Shown here in pieces: positions 32,476 to 46,599 of a stretch of DNA of 64,000 nt. Where the stretch lies: positions 105,526,001 to 105,590,000 of the forward strand of contig NC_087436.1 of the NCBI RefSeq assembly GCF_036321535.1, read 5' to 3'. The position numbers were made by a program, and so were the translations under genes. The DNA comes from Camelus dromedarius. Taxonomy: Eukaryota. The notes under the pieces were generated by a model that was not told the origin of the DNA, did no database searches, and worked only from the letters and a program-made list of their open reading frames with translations. The first letter of the stretch is position 1. Each line of letters opens with the position of its first letter.

Positions 32476-35400
32476 GGGAGGAAATGGATATTCAAGACAG
32501 CCATTGCTATAGAGAGCTTTACTCTTTATCTCTCTGATTCCCCAGCTCATCAGCTCCCCATCTCCTGCCCTTGAACGACTAGCCATGCCCCTGGTACCTC
32601 AGTCCCATGGTCCTTACTTCTCTCTCCCAACCCCATATCAGGGTGATTAATCTTCATTCTTAGAGACTCGCCGATAACCAAGCTCTCCTTCCATGCACTC
32701 AGTCTGCCTTTTTCTCAACTTTGTTGATCTTTCTAGACTTTTGGAGGGTGGAGGGGGAAGGAACTCCTGGGGGGCCCTTCTTTGTCCTGATGTCTTAAGG
32801 CCCAGGCTTTCAAAACTGAAAAGCCAGTCACTTTGTGACCAGTGTTCCGCTGAGCTCTCTTTCCCTTAGAATACAAAGGCAGAATGTCTAGCTTTTGAAA
32901 GGGAGAGGGATATATGAGGAGAAACAAGGTAGGAGTTACAGGAATTTGAGTCAAGGTAGATAAATAGAGTATCATTTAATATTTCAAAGCATTATTCATA
33001 TTAATAATATTATTAAATGAAAAAAACTGCACAATAATGAACAATTCTTACACACATATACAGGCAATCCGCGAGGCTTGAAGAAGTGAGGAAAACTTCT
33101 TAGGACAAGTAGAACTGGGTCCCTCCCCTTTGGCTGAAGGGGGCATGGGCGATGGTGACAGGAAGCAGGCCTGAACACTAGGCCGGTGGCTGGCCTTTGA
33201 GGAGATGCTCCGGATAGAGGCTGAAACTAGTAGGTGGAGGTACAGCAGAAACTGAGCCTGGGTGGCCAAGGCAGACCAGATGGTGAGCAACTTCAAAAGC
33301 AAGACAGAAAGGTGCATTCTCATGTAGCTGGTAATAACCACTGAATGCTTTTTTAGCTAGAGTATAAGCTGATGGAAATACCTGGAAGACATTTGTGTCC
33401 ACTGAACTCAATAACCACTGAGCCTCTGTCATTCACAAGGCACCGTGCCAGGCAGTAGGGACAGACAGACAAATTCGGTAGCTCTCCCAGGAGTCAGGGA
33501 AAGACAAGTGAAGATGAGCTACCAGTAATCTAGTATTTTCTGTCACCATCCGTATTACCAATTACCCCTATGGCACCTAAGTCATATCACTTATCATATA
33601 GTTTTTTAACTAACCGTTGACCACTTGTCTGTCCTTCCACTGGACCCAGAAGATCTTGGACTCCTTGAGGGTAGGAACCATATGTTATTAACTTGTGACC
33701 TTAGCACTTAGCACTGTACCTTGCTTTTCATGGGTACTCAGTAAATGGGGAGTATGTGAATGCTTGGACATCTGAGTAAGTCAGGTGCTAAGGGGGTGCA
33801 GCATCAGTGGGGAGACATGAAAAGGGATGGCTATGAGAAAGATTTTCAAAGGAAGACATCTACAGGATTTCATAGCCAATGGGATTGAGAAGATGGACTA
33901 GAATGAGTCCAAGATGACCCTTGAGGTGTGGCTAGAGAGTGGTGGTGCTGGATGTGACCAAGGGCTGGGAGGGGACTGCATCTGGGGAGAAGAGGACAGG
34001 TTCCAGTTAGAACTCTGCATTGTTGAGAGTTTCCTGGGAGTATCTGAACTCTTACGAGGCAAACTCCATGCTTCCCGGGAACATTTTTGATGAGCAGCTA
34101 TCTTCATAGTGGCGGGCTAATTTCAGAGTAAGTTTATTAAAATTAGCATGTGGGGGAAAGCAAGCAGAACTGCTATTTTTACCTAATGGGATCATGTTCT
34201 CTCCTGTGTAGGGAGATTCGCATATGTGCTTCTAAAATTGACAATTTCTACTCTTATTCTGTTAAAAAAATTAATTTAGCGACTTTCACGTTGAATAAAA
34301 TACATTGGCTGAAGATGAAAAGAGGACTTTGGCTAGTCCCTGAATGAAAATGACCAAAGTGAGCAATATTTCTTAGCCACTTCCTGGTTTTCCACCAGTA
34401 AAACTATACTGAGGCTCTGGGTGCCTCCTGGCAGAGGACTTGGCTTACCTGGGAGCCTGCATCTCTCTCTGGTCCTTTAGGTAAAATAGTGCCAGTGGTA
34501 GAGGACACCTGGTCCCCAAGAAACACGGACCTTAAGCAGATTTTTAGAAGTGTTTCCATTTTCATTTCACATCTTCTAGTTTACCCTGTTTCTTTTATCT
34601 TATGGTATTTCATTGTAACAAACATCGTAAGTTTGTTCAAAATATCAGACTTCTTTAAGCCAATCTACCATTTTACAACTAGCTTATTAAGCAATCTTAA
34701 AAAAAAAAAAAAGAAAAAGAAGAAAACAGCACTTCACCAGGTCCTCTCACTCAGAAGCCTTCAATAGCTCCCCGTTACTGGGTATTCAAGACCCTCCTCA
34801 AGCTGATCTTGACTTGTCTTTCTAGCCATCTGTCTCATTGTTCTCATAAGCTGGCTGTTCCAGCTGAAATGGTCTGTTCTGCATTCTGGCTCCTCCCTTA
34901 TTCTCCCACCCTGACCTCATCTGGTGGGCCTTCCACTTCTTCCCTGACCACAGCCTTTACCAGCCCTTCAAGGTGAATAGACACCCACAGCCCTCATAAA
35001 AGTCGTCTGTGACCACCCCAGCGCAAAGTGAGCTCTTCGACCTGTCGCCTTACGTGATGTAGGTTCCAAACCACTCGTGGAACCCTTCCGTGCTCCCTGG
35101 GCAAGGAGAGGACCTTCTCTGTGTGTGGATCTTAACTGCTGTACAAGTTAGTGAGCTCCTGAGTAAAGGGACCGTGACCACCGGGGTTGGGGTAGAAGAC
35201 AGGAATTCTAGAATGATAAGGCTTTATGCTGTGGCTCAAGAGGTGTGGTCCTGCACCTGAGTGAGGATACTGATAGAGCATCCTCCTAATGACTTAGTTC
35301 TGGCCCATTTGCAGGGCTTCTGCTTTGATTTCACATTCTCATTTGTGGGAAGAGGCTCACAGACATGCCTGCCCACCTGTAGTTTATTAGTGACAGACCT

Positions 35401-35559
35401 ACAGGTAGGGGGTCAGTGACATCAGGATGGATCCATCCCTGTGTTGGGTTGGTGGGTTGGCATCAAAGAAGAATGAAACATAGCCCGGGGTATCTCAGTG
35501 GGATAGATGGTTAGCAAAGGAGGAGGTCAGCATGCAGCGTACTAGGGACGTAATGAGCG

Positions 35560-36870
35560 GTGCTATGTGCGAAGCCTTGTGTGTGAGACAGTGCTCTCGA
35601 GGGGTTTACAGTCTAGTGGTGATGGAGAACAGGGGCACACATTGTGGTAAGTGCTCTGTGGGTAAAGGGGAAGATCATTTGGATTGGTGGATTAAGGAGG
35701 TTCTTGATGAGGGTGGCACTTGGGCCAGGAAGTTTGGCAGGATTTTTGCCAGGGGAAATGCAGAGGAAGGATGTTCGAGGCAGAGGGAGTGGAGATAGCA
35801 AAGGCACAGAGGTTGCAAAACGCAGGCTTGCTTGGGAAATCCCAGATGTCTTCCTTTGCTTGAGACACATAGTGGGGCATCAGGTGCTGTTTGTTAAGCT
35901 GACCTTGAGTGCCCGGATAGCTACAGAGAGTCCTGGGGTTCTGAATGGCCTTCATTCTGGAGGCAACTCAAAGGGCATGAGTAAGAGGTTGCCTGGGGAT
36001 GAGGGTTGAGCAGGACATAGGAGGTCACCTGCCCCTGTCCCTGTCCCTCCGTCTCCTTGCTCTTATCCACTCTCAACCCACCTGGGTCTGCCTTCCACCT
36101 CTGCTTTTCTCCTGAAAATGCTCCTGCCAAGGCCTCCCAAGACCAGCCTCCTGTTTGCCACACCTCATGGTCTTTCTTCTGGCCTCAACCTGCCTGATAC
36201 TCCATGCTGCTTCCCCTGCACGCGGGGCTTTGCCTCTCTCCACGGGGCCGCTGGAGGTGTCCTCCAGACCCTCGTGCTCAGTGTGCCCTAAACTGAGTTC
36301 ACCCTCCCTCTGCCTCCCGCCCTTCCCACCTCTTCCCCTCTTCTATCCCATCTTAGTTAATGACATCACTATGGAAGCATCCTTGATTCTTCTTCCCAAA
36401 TTCCACGCCCCATCTAATTGTTTATGAAGGCCCATCTTTTCTGCTTTAGAACAAGTCCTCAAATCAGGGCTCTGTGTCACCTTTCTTACTATCCCACCAC
36501 CACCCAGGTTCTCATCCACTCTTCACAGCATATTTGCAACACCCTCTAAGATCTTTCCATGATGGTACTAGAGTTGTCATTCCCAGCACTGACATGATTC
36601 ACCACTCCTTTGCCTAAAGTTCTCTGTTGGCTTTCCAGGGCCTGCAGAGGGAGAGCCATTCCTCAGGTGTCCTCCAATGGCCTGCCCTCACCTCACCTTC
36701 AGTAACTGCTCTGTGTCCCTAATGCCACCGCCTCCCCCCCGCCCCCGCCATAGAACTGCTACCAGATCATTCCATACCCCGAGGCATCTCTAGGTCTTGG
36801 CTTATGTCCATAGACTAACTCTTACTCACATTTTAAAGCTCAGCTCAAATGTCATAACCTCCGCTTGGTT
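35560..36870. mobile_element. Cluster of L2 fragments in both orientations
   Basis: - strand piece gaggcagagggagtggagatagcaaaggcacagagg (35560-36000). + strand piece ttctatcccatcttagttaatgacatcact...cttactcacattttaaagctcagctcaaatgtca (36030-36870). Confidence 0.5.
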
Positions 36871-37289
36871 TCCTACCTCAAGAGATTGGGAAGTGGGTGG
36901 TAAATTTCAGTTAGGAAGGTGGTATGGGGGATTGCGATCAGGATGAGAAGGTAAGGGAATGGGGTCCCTGAGGAAGAGGGACCTTCAGAGAGGTGGGTGG
37001 TCACCAACGTCTCGCAGAGCGCCAGGCACATGATACTGGGCAGGTACTTGGAGAGGGAAGGGAGGGAGGGATGGAAGGAATGAAGGGAAGGAAAGACAGT
37101 TTTCCTTGCCATTTCCAACATTCTCTGTGAAACCAGCCCTGCTCACCTGACAGGGTGCCCCACTTCCAACCTCTCCCCAAGCTGAGCGTGGCTGTGAAGG
37201 AGCTGAGAGTGAGTTCCACATGGCCCAGCATATGCCTGGTGTCCTGGCCAGCTTCCTGTCTCAGGCTGCAGTGGGTTACATAAGTCATC

Positions 37290-37450
37290 AAACCCTACCA
37301 CTGGGTAGCTACGTGGTCAGGGGCAAATCTCCTGACTTTTCCAGACTTCAGTTTCTCTGGACTTTATACAATGAGAGTAACAGTACCTGCCTTGCGTCCC
37401 TCACCTAAGATGAGGATAAAGTGAGATGAGGTACGTGAAAGTGTGTTTTA
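37290..37450 (+). mobile_element. MIR SINE
   Basis: ccactgggtagctacgtggtcaggggcaaatc...cttcagtttctc...gatgaggataaagtgagatgaggtacgtgaaagtg. Confidence 0.65.
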
Positions 37451-39764
37451 ATGGCCCCAACCATCTGCAGCCGAGGTGGTGGTCCTGTCCTTGCCCGGGC
37501 TTTAGGAAAACCCTTCCCAGGGCTTCAGAGATGCTTCAGCAGAGGGAGGTGATGGGTCAGCTGCTGGCTGTCAACGTGATGCCATTGAGAATTCATATCG
37601 ATGGGGCACAGATTGACGTACCTGCTTGCTCTGCCATCTGCAGACCCCATGACCAAGGCAATATTGGAGGTGGCAGCAATGGGACTCCCTTATTTTTTTT
37701 TTAGCCAGGTCCAATTTGCTTTTTAATTTGCTCCAGACTGGCAAGTGCTATCGGGGTCAATCTGTAACCTTTTCTGCTTTCCCGACTGTCTCCAGCTTTG
37801 CCAGAACTTCCAGCACATTTGCAGGCTGCTCGATCAATCATCTCCTGGGCTGCTTCCATCACATGGCCTCTTCTGCGCTCCCCTTATTCACCTCCTGACC
37901 CTGGACCCTTCTCACTCTCCCTCAGTCCAGTCTCCTGCTGACCACTCTGTATTTGTCATCGTTTGTTGGGGGTTTGAATGAGCCTCACAGTCCGCTGATT
38001 TCAGTGCTCAAGACACAGCACTTGCTCACAAAGAACTAGCATTCACCTCCCTCCTCAGTTCTTGCAGGTGCTTCCCCATCAGCCTCCCTGCCTCCTGCAT
38101 CTCTTTCTGCCTTTCCATCCCATCCATCACTGCCTGGTCAGGGGTCTGGAGGCACAGCTGTGATCCTGACCCTTTATAGCTCAGAAACCTCCAAGGTCCT
38201 ATTGGCCCTCACCTGGGCTCAGACTCTGTTGTCATTTAAGGCCTTTCTTTTGTCCAGACAAAACAAAAATGCCTTATTTCGCATTTCTCCTTTTCGCAAG
38301 TCCTGTGCTCCCAGCCAACAGAACCCCCTGGGGTCTTTGCTTCCCTGCACCTGGCCTTGCTCAGGCCGTGCTCCTGTCTAGAACTCCTGTTCTCTTCCTT
38401 CTCCTCACTCCTCTTTCAAGGTTTGGTCATGACCACCTTGATCCCCACCTGAAAGGTCTTTTGCCTTCTGCAATCCCAAGCATCTTGACACACCTCCGTG
38501 ACCAGCAGCTCCCTGGTGCCACACAATGGAATTGTTTCTGTCCATGCCTTGCCTCCAGCCTGGAGTTCCTCAGCGCAGGATGGGCGGATTCATTTTTCAA
38601 TTTCCCATTGTGCCCAGAACCATGTCCTGCATGTAGTGATCAAATCTAAAAGAGACGACAAACCCACTGGCTTCTCAGCTACTGCTTGAACTGGAAAACT
38701 ACTGAATTAAAACAAGGGTGTCCTTTTTGTTTGTCAGAATAGCATGTTTACTTGTTCCTCTCCCCCAGGTCCCCTTCCCTCCATTTGATGTCACAGGCCT
38801 TCTGACTCTCAAAATATAGATGGTGATTAAGGTAATAAGTCAGATCTCCTTTTAATAAGCTCTAAGGGGTTTCTGAATTTACTAGAAGTCGGTTCCTCCC
38901 TCCCACTCTCCCTCCCACCATTCCTTCTCCTTCCTTTCTTCCAGACTGGAATTTTATTCCATCAGATCTATTACTTGAAAAGCGTCAGGCAGAAGCTGCT
39001 GGTGGGAAATCATTTGTTTATAAAGAGCTACTTTCTGTCATGGATTCTGACCTGTGTTATAGTGTGTCTGAACATCTGCCAGCCTTTAACTCTGCTCTGG
39101 ACTAGAATTTAAGTTTGTTTCAAGATTATTTGCCACCCACGATTGCCTCTCATGCAAAGAAATTATGCAGTTTGGGGGGTCCCTATGGCCATTTTCTTAT
39201 CATGAGAAGTCATAAAAAATAACTCCTTAAGTTTGTCTTTCTTCCTCTGGTATTTAAGAGGATTAGGTCCCAGGCACTTTGCTAAAAGTTGGGGTGCAAA
39301 ACCCAACAGGGTGTCATCACCGTCCTCTGTGTTCCGTAATCTAATTCTTGTAGCCACTTTATCAGTTAGAATGAGCAGGGGAAGTGTCCTTATTTTATAG
39401 ACGAAGAAATGGAAATTCAGAGTGTTTATGAAATATTAAAAAATATAGAGTCCTTTTTTTATGATTACTCAGCAAGAAGCAAGCATGTGGAGCTAAGCCT
39501 TTACACTTGAGGGTCAGAAGGTTTTCTCTCTGGGAGCCTTGGGTTCAGACCTCTGCACACTCAGGTCAGCTGACCCAGCTCTCCACCTAAGAACTTAAGC
39601 TGAAAAAGAGACCTTTGGGGTCTGGTTGCAGACTCCTGCCAAGACTTCAGTTTAGGTTGGAAGTTGAGTAAAAGTGGTGTCAGAAGACCTGCAGCTGTGA
39701 CCACATCCTGAAAGATGGTCAGGACGCCCCCTGCGTGTTGTGGGCTGAAGGTGGACGTGCCAGG

Positions 39765-39817
39765 TGACCCAGCCCTGTCTGAGCCCCGGCTCCGCAGAAG
39801 TGAGGGCCTCTAACCTC
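39765..39817 (+). repeat. 53-bp dispersed direct repeat, copy 1
   Basis: tgacccagccctgtctgagccccggctccgcagaagtgagggcctctaacctc; 51/53 identical to 41235-41287. Confidence 0.95.
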
Positions 39818-41234
39818 CCATGCCCACCTGTTCACCCCCATCACAGAGGGTCCTTGCAGCAGCGGGGCCCTGCCCTTGATGTCCTGAATCAGTGAACGAG
39901 GAAAGGTCGGGGAAGAAAACTAAGTGGCTGAAGGTGTTACCCAGAGATGATAAGACCTTGGGTCATGATGGATTTATCTTTAAATTTCCAAGTAATGTGA
40001 ATTCACTGCCCCCTCCAATTTAGAAAATATAGGTATGTTTCAAAGGACAAACCATAATTCCACTAGCCAGAGTTGAATGCTATTGACATTCTAGTGTATA
40101 AACTTTCAGACATTGCCCCATACCTTTATTTCTAAAACTGAGTTTACATCATATACTATTTGATTTTTTCCTTTGTATTGAGGCTAACGTTCGTACCGTG
40201 AATGCACACGGTGAATGCTGGATGCATTTTTACACACCTGTGTGACTGCCGCCCAGATCAGGATGGAGAGCGGCCCCAGGCCCCCAGACGGTTTGTGTGC
40301 CCTCTCCCAGTCAGCATCCTCCCCCAGCCAGGAAACCACTGTTCTGACCTGGGTCATTCCAGGCTGGTTTTATAACTTGTTCTTTTTTCTGCTCCTCAAT
40401 AAGTAGTGAGTAGGTCCTTAACTCGTCATCAGCATCCGCATCTGTCTTAAAGGCAGCACAGGGCGTGCAGTATTGACAAGCCAGACATCTGCTGTACTTC
40501 GAGGCTCTGTTTTAGGAATACTTATTGTAGCGTCTCCCACTATCAGAAAGCCCAGATGTCTGACATCAGGGGTTCTGTTTAGCTCCAGCAACTTCGAGAT
40601 CTTCCTGTGGTGTTTGTAAGGCCAGCTTGTGCCTTCCCTGGCTCGCTTAGTTGCTTTGAACACATGTGTGTTATGCGAAACGTCCTAATTACCAGCCCGT
40701 GTGTGTTGGAAAGGGCACCTCAAGTTGTAGGTAGCACGTGGTATAGAGGTGTGCACGGGAGAGCGAATTCCAGGGTGTTCATTCATCTCATTCTGCAACT
40801 TCTTTTCAGAAAAATTCCTCCATAAAAGAGGACGGGAATTCATTGGACAATTTATAGACACTTGGGTTTAGAGAGAGATGCTTTTAAGGTGACATTGGTG
40901 AGCAAGGGAAATCGCAGTTTTGTTTGGTGGAATCATCCATGAAGACACTGACAAGGAGAAAAATGCCACTTGTCTCCCAGAAACACTCTCCTACCCAGTG
41001 CCACGCAGTTCAGTCTCCACTGTGTGGCCTCGGACCACGCACATTTGGGAACCTCCGATTCACCCTCTCTGGGTTTAGCTTTTAATTGTTTTACTGCCGC
41101 GGTTACCGTGATCCCTCCTCTGCTGTGCCTCTTAGTATCAGCATTATTACCATTAGCAGGAAAGTTGTACTTAAATTGTTTCCATTTTTTAGGCACTTGT
41201 TGTGTGCCAGGCACCACATGGCAGATGTGCCCGA

Positions 41235-41287
41235 TGACCCAGCCCTGTCTGAGCCCCGGCTCCGCAGAAGTGGGGGCCTCTAAGCTC
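41235..41287 (+). repeat. 53-bp dispersed direct repeat, copy 2
   Basis: tgacccagccctgtctgagccccggctccgcagaagtgggggcctctaagctc; 1470 bp downstream of copy 1. Confidence 0.95.
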
Positions 41288-41384
41288 ATGAAGTGTTTTT
41301 TGTTTAACATTCAGTTCAGGCACATATTTAAAGGAAAAAGGAAACATGTTTTTGAGCCCTTTTGAATGAGCTGGATGTTTTAGT

Positions 41385-41575
41385 TTTGCAATGTCGTTTA
41401 TTCCTCACAACAGCCTCGGGAGGCAGCTGGAGTTGCCACCGTTTTACAGCTGTGGTCCCCAGGGCTGAGATGATGCGTGAACGTGAGGGAAGATGCGAGT
41501 AAGGCAGGAGCTGGGATTTGAACCCCAGGTTTTCCTGATCCCAAAGCCTGCATTTCTCCCACTCTACCACAGCCT
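41385..41575 (-). mobile_element. MIR SINE
   Basis: tttattcctcacaacagcctcgggaggcag...ggcaggagctgggatttgaaccccaggtttt. Confidence 0.7.
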
Positions 41576-42084
41576 CACCAGATGAAGGAGGGAGTGAATG
41601 AATGAATGAATGAATGAACAAACCAACCTGCTAGAGTGGAGTGATCATTTTTAGGAAGTATGTATTTTGAATTATGGAGTTGGAAGGGAAATGTTCTTTC
41701 ATTTAAACTCTATTTAGTACCTTGATATAGTCCTTATACACTTTTGTGTTATGGATACCCAGTGTCACCTCTCAGTGGTGACATAGGGTTCTATTATGAA
41801 CTCAGTCACATATCTTACATTATAAGGTGATACATTTCCTCAATATCAGTTGCTTGGGCATTTAGGTATATTATTTAGGATTTTTTTTACTTGAATATAC
41901 AAAGAAGTTTGATTCATATTAGGCAAAATAATGGAAACCATCCCAATGTCTATTGCTTGATGACTGGATAAACAAATTGTGTTACATCCATGTGATGGAG
42001 CACTATTCACCAATAAAAAGGAATGAACTAATATATGTGACAATGTAGATGATTTTTTTTACCTTTTACCCATGTCTCCAGTTT

Positions 42085-44080
42085 CTTTTTTTCTTCCAGT
42101 TTTATTGAGATAAAATTGACATACAACACTATATAAGTTTAATGTGTACAGTGTAATGATTTGACTTACATACATCATGAAATGTTTAGCTCAGTAAGTT
42201 TAGTGAACATCCATCATCTCATATAGGTACAAAATTAAATAGAAAAAAATTTTTTTCTTGTGATGGGAACTCTTAGGTTTTACTCTCTTAACAGCTTTCA
42301 TATGTAACAGACAGCAGTGTTAATTATATTTATCATGTTGTACATTACAACTCCAGTACTTATTTATCTTTAACTGAACGTTTGTGCCTTTTGTCCACCT
42401 TCATTCAATTCCCCCTCCCCCTACGCCCCTCCTGCCTGGCAACCAACCACGTGTTCTCTCTATCTGTAACTCTATTTCTGTTTTGTTCTGTTTGTTAACT
42501 TGTTTTGTTTTTTCAGATTCCACATATAAGTGAAATCATACACTATTTGTCTTTCTCTGTCTGACTTATTTCACTTAGCATAATACCCTCTAGGTCCATC
42601 CATGTTGTCACCAGTGGCAAGATTTCATTCCTTTTTATGGCTGAGTAATATTCCATTGTATATATATGTACCACATCTTTTTTACCCACTCATCTCTTGA
42701 TGGGCACTTGGGTTGTTTCTGTATCTTGACTATTGTAAATAATGCTGTAACGAACATGGGGTGCATATATCTTTTCTAATTGGTGTTTTTATTTTCTTCT
42801 GATAAATGCCTAGGAGTAAAATTACTAGATCATATGGTAGTTCTATTTTTAACTTTTTGAGGAGTCTCTATAGTGTTTTTTATAGTGACTGCAACAATTT
42901 GTATTCCCACCAGCAGTGCACGAGGGTTCCCTTTTCTCTCCATCCTCACCAACACTTGTTGATTGTTGTCTTTTTGATAATAGCCATTCTGACAGGTGTG
43001 AGGTCATATCTCATTGTGGTTTTGATTTGCATTTCCCTGATAATTAGTAATATTGAGCATCTTTTCATGTACCTGTTGACCATTTGTATGTCTTCTTAGG
43101 AAAAATGTCTATTCATGTCCTCTGCCCATTTTTTTAATTTGGTTGTTTGTGTTTTTTGATGGTGAGTTGTATGAGTTCTTTGTATATTGTGGATATTAAC
43201 CCCTTAAATGATATGTCATTTGCAAATACCTTCTCCCCTTCAGTAGGTAGCCTGTTTGTTTCATTGATAGTTTCCTTCGATATGCAAAAGCTTTTTATTT
43301 TGATGTCCCATTTGTTTATTTTTGCTTTTATTTTCCTTGCCTGAGGAGACATATCTAAAAAAAAATTACTGAAACTAATGTCAAAGACAGTACTGTCTAT
43401 GCTTCTTTCTAGAAGTTTTGTGGCTTCAGGTCTTGTATTTAAGCCTTTAATCCATTTTGAATTTATTTTTGCATATAGTGTGAGAGAGTGTTCCAGTTTG
43501 ATTCTTTTGCATGTAGCTGTCCAATTTTTCCAACACCATTTATTGAACAGGCTGTCTTTTCTCTATTGTATGGTCTTACCTCCTTTGTCATAGATTAATT
43601 CCCCCTGTAAGGGTTCATTCCTGGACTGTCTATTCTATTCTATTGATTTATATGTCTGTTTTTGTGCTAATACCATACAGTTTGATGACTGTAGCTTTGT
43701 AGTATAGTTTGAAATCAGGGCGCATAATACCTCCAGCTGTGTTCTTCTTTCTCAGGATTGTTTTGACTACTCAGAGTCTTTTGTGTTTCTATACAAATTT
43801 TGGAATTATTTGTTTTAATTCTATGAAGAATGCCACTGGTATTTTGATAGAGCTTGCTTTGAATCTGTAGATTGCCTTGGATAATATGGTCATTTTAACA
43901 ATGTTAATTCTTCCAGTCCATGAACATGATGTAACTTTCCATCTGTTTGCATCATCTTCAGTTTCTTTCATCATTGTCTTATAGTTTTTCAAGTACGGTT
44001 TTTTTTACTTCCTTAGATAGATTTATTCCTAATTTTATTCTTTTTGATGCAGTTGTATTCTTAATTTCTCTTTCTGAAAT
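42085..44080 (-). mobile_element. ~2 kb 5'-truncated L1, antisense in intron 1, with decayed ORF2 C-terminus
   Basis: ORF2 remnants KNYKTMMKETEDDANRWK...SWTGRINIVKMTILSKAIYRF (43789-43992, -) and KAKINKWDIKIKSFCISKETIN...KGLISTIYKEL (43134-43352, -). L1 3'UTR and T-tail at ~42085. Confidence 0.95.
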
Positions 44081-44959
44081 TTCCTCAGAATCAGTTGTTT
44101 GGGCATATCTGTATATTACTTGGGGTTACTTTTAATGTAATACCAGAAATAACAGTGATTTAAATAAGATAGAATTATCTGTATTTCTAGTTCATGTTGT
44201 TGGAGGACAGAGGGAAAGAAAAGTGCCCACAAAACTAAGAAGGCATCTTGAGACTGAAAAATGAGGCATGCAGCTCTATATAATAAATGGGTCAGTTTAT
44301 TATGGGGTGATTTACTCACAGAGTGGGATCAGGGGACAATGGTCCGGAAGCATTCACAGATACAGTCTGCACCACTGAGGGGCCATTGGGACAATTTTAT
44401 AGTTAACCTAGAGTATGGGGGTAGGTGCTTGGAAACAGGACGTGCGTGCCTAAGTCAAGATTCATGAATAGATAACTAGTCTCATGGGCACCGAGAACAC
44501 GTCAGGGAAGGTTTTCATCATTGTTTGGGAACTAACAGAGCATAGAGGCCACTTGATCCTACTGATTATTAAACAATTTCTATTAACTACAAAGCCTTTG
44601 ACGACAGAGAAGTGATTTACTGCACACTATTGTCCTGGGTAAGGTCAGCAAAAGGACAGAAGAAACTATAAGGGCCCAAGATGGCATCAGTTATGCTAAC
44701 AACCAGCACATGTACAGTACCTCTGGAGGTGGGCAGTTTGGGTGGATGTGGTGGCTCACCTTTTGTCGGGGATCCAGGTACCTTCCATTTCTCCACTCTA
44801 CCACTCCGTTCCAAGAGTGAGGTTTTCCGTTTTGTGGACCAATATATTGCAGGACTGGGGAAGATGGGCAAAGGAGTGTATCCCCCCACCGCCTTAAGGA
44901 AACATCCCTGAAATCCCAAAGAACACTTCTGTTTCCATCTTATTGACCAGCACTGTATA

Positions 44960-45065
44960 TGAATATAGGAGATCATAGTGGTACCTACCTCACAGAGGAC
45001 ATGGTGAGGACAAATGAGCTAATGTGTGCAAAGTGCCCAGAGCACTGCCTGGTACACAGTCACTG
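44960..45065 (+). mobile_element. MIR 3' fragment
   Basis: gtacctacctcacagaggacatggtgaggacaaatgagctaatgtgtgcaaagtgcccagagcactgcctggtacacagt. Confidence 0.75.
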
Positions 45066-46599
45066 GTAGAGAGGGTCCCATCTGTGTTTTGAGGGATGTT
45101 TCCATGAGCATATCTGGGTCTCAAGCTCAAGGTCTTACTCAGGATATCCACTGCCCTCTGTAGCCTTTTAGGCCTGTCTGCCTCTGAAATTTCATCTCCT
45201 TTTGGAGTGGTCAGACTGATCATATATTCAGCAATTTGCAATCTGATGCTACTGTCTGTAGTGATCCTGAATTATCACTGAATTTTCTTTGCTGAAAGAG
45301 AAATGCCCGAACCTTGACATTACCTGCATCAGTGATGTCTGTGTGTCCTTCCCCAAGGAATTTTTTAAGTGTCAGGTCTTAATTCTGCACTTGCAGAAGA
45401 GTAGACTGGAGCAACATGTTTTATTGTCATTCAGATGCTACCCTGATGAACGGAGATGACAGAGGTAGTGGGTAAGTGAACAGACTGACTGTCAGGAAAG
45501 CAAATAAAATTATTTCCAGCATCACCATGTGGTCAGTTGGTGATTTGTAGCCAGTGAGGATTTTGCCATCTTCCTTGAAAGCCATAATTAACTCTGGTCA
45601 CCCACGGGAGACTTTCACTAACATAATCAGCTCATTTGCACAGTTATCAGCCAGAGAAACAGACCTGGACAGAGTCCTCGCCTTAAGAAGTATTTACAAT
45701 TTAGTCTGGTCTCTGAAATCTCTGGTGATTTGAATCACTGGGGTTGCACACCCACCCATGTTCCAGAATAAACCTCCTAACTTTTTGCTGTGGGGCTGAG
45801 TTCTGGACTGACAGTTCTTGTGGAGAAAAATTTCTCACTAATCAGTACTGCCTGGAGTTGGTGGAAAGACAGTAAGAATGATGAAGATGAAGTTAATTTG
45901 AAGGAGCACGTTAACAGTGCTCAGAAAAATGTGAGTGAGGAATAGAGAGAGGGGGAAAAAACAGCTTCCAGCCACAAGTTTCAGCTGGGGACACCTTCAT
46001 CCTGTAGGCGGAAATTGGGGCCCAAGTGGCCCTTTAGTGATAACTCCGTGGTTCTCATCCAGAGAGAACCACTGGGGGAGCTTAATGATCGCAATTGGTT
46101 GAAACCTTGGCAGATGGTGGTAAGAGCTCTATTTACTTGGATAATTAAAATGGTGACAGATTTGCATGGCTGATTTCAAGATCTCTAGGCTGCAGATGAC
46201 TGCCTTTGGGGGCAGACTGGGATGAACACCTCCTTGCTTTAGAGTATCTGCACCTGACTCAAGTATCAGAGAGACGGGAGCCAGGGACTATTCCCACAAA
46301 ATGCTCCATCTTGGGTTGAATCTTCATCCCGAGCGCTCTGGCCCTCTTACGGAACAGTTCATCCCAGCAGGGAGATGACATTTCTCAGAAAGGCAAGGTC
46401 TGCTGACAAACTTAGGATTGGAGATTGTTTTCTTTCTTTGAATAGGACAGACACTCTTCTTTTGATTCTTTTGATACCATGATAATTAGTAAGATTGGTG
46501 CCTTTAGACTTTATTGAGTGCTTTTTAAAAATATGCATTGTCTTATAAAATCCTTAGATTCTTCTGTGACAGAGGCAGGCCACTGCAGCAGAGAGGGCA

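Noticed and set aside
42806..44135. Several ORFs with protein-like sequence
   Set aside because: Broken L1 ORF2 remnants and their antisense frames; not an intact gene or active element.
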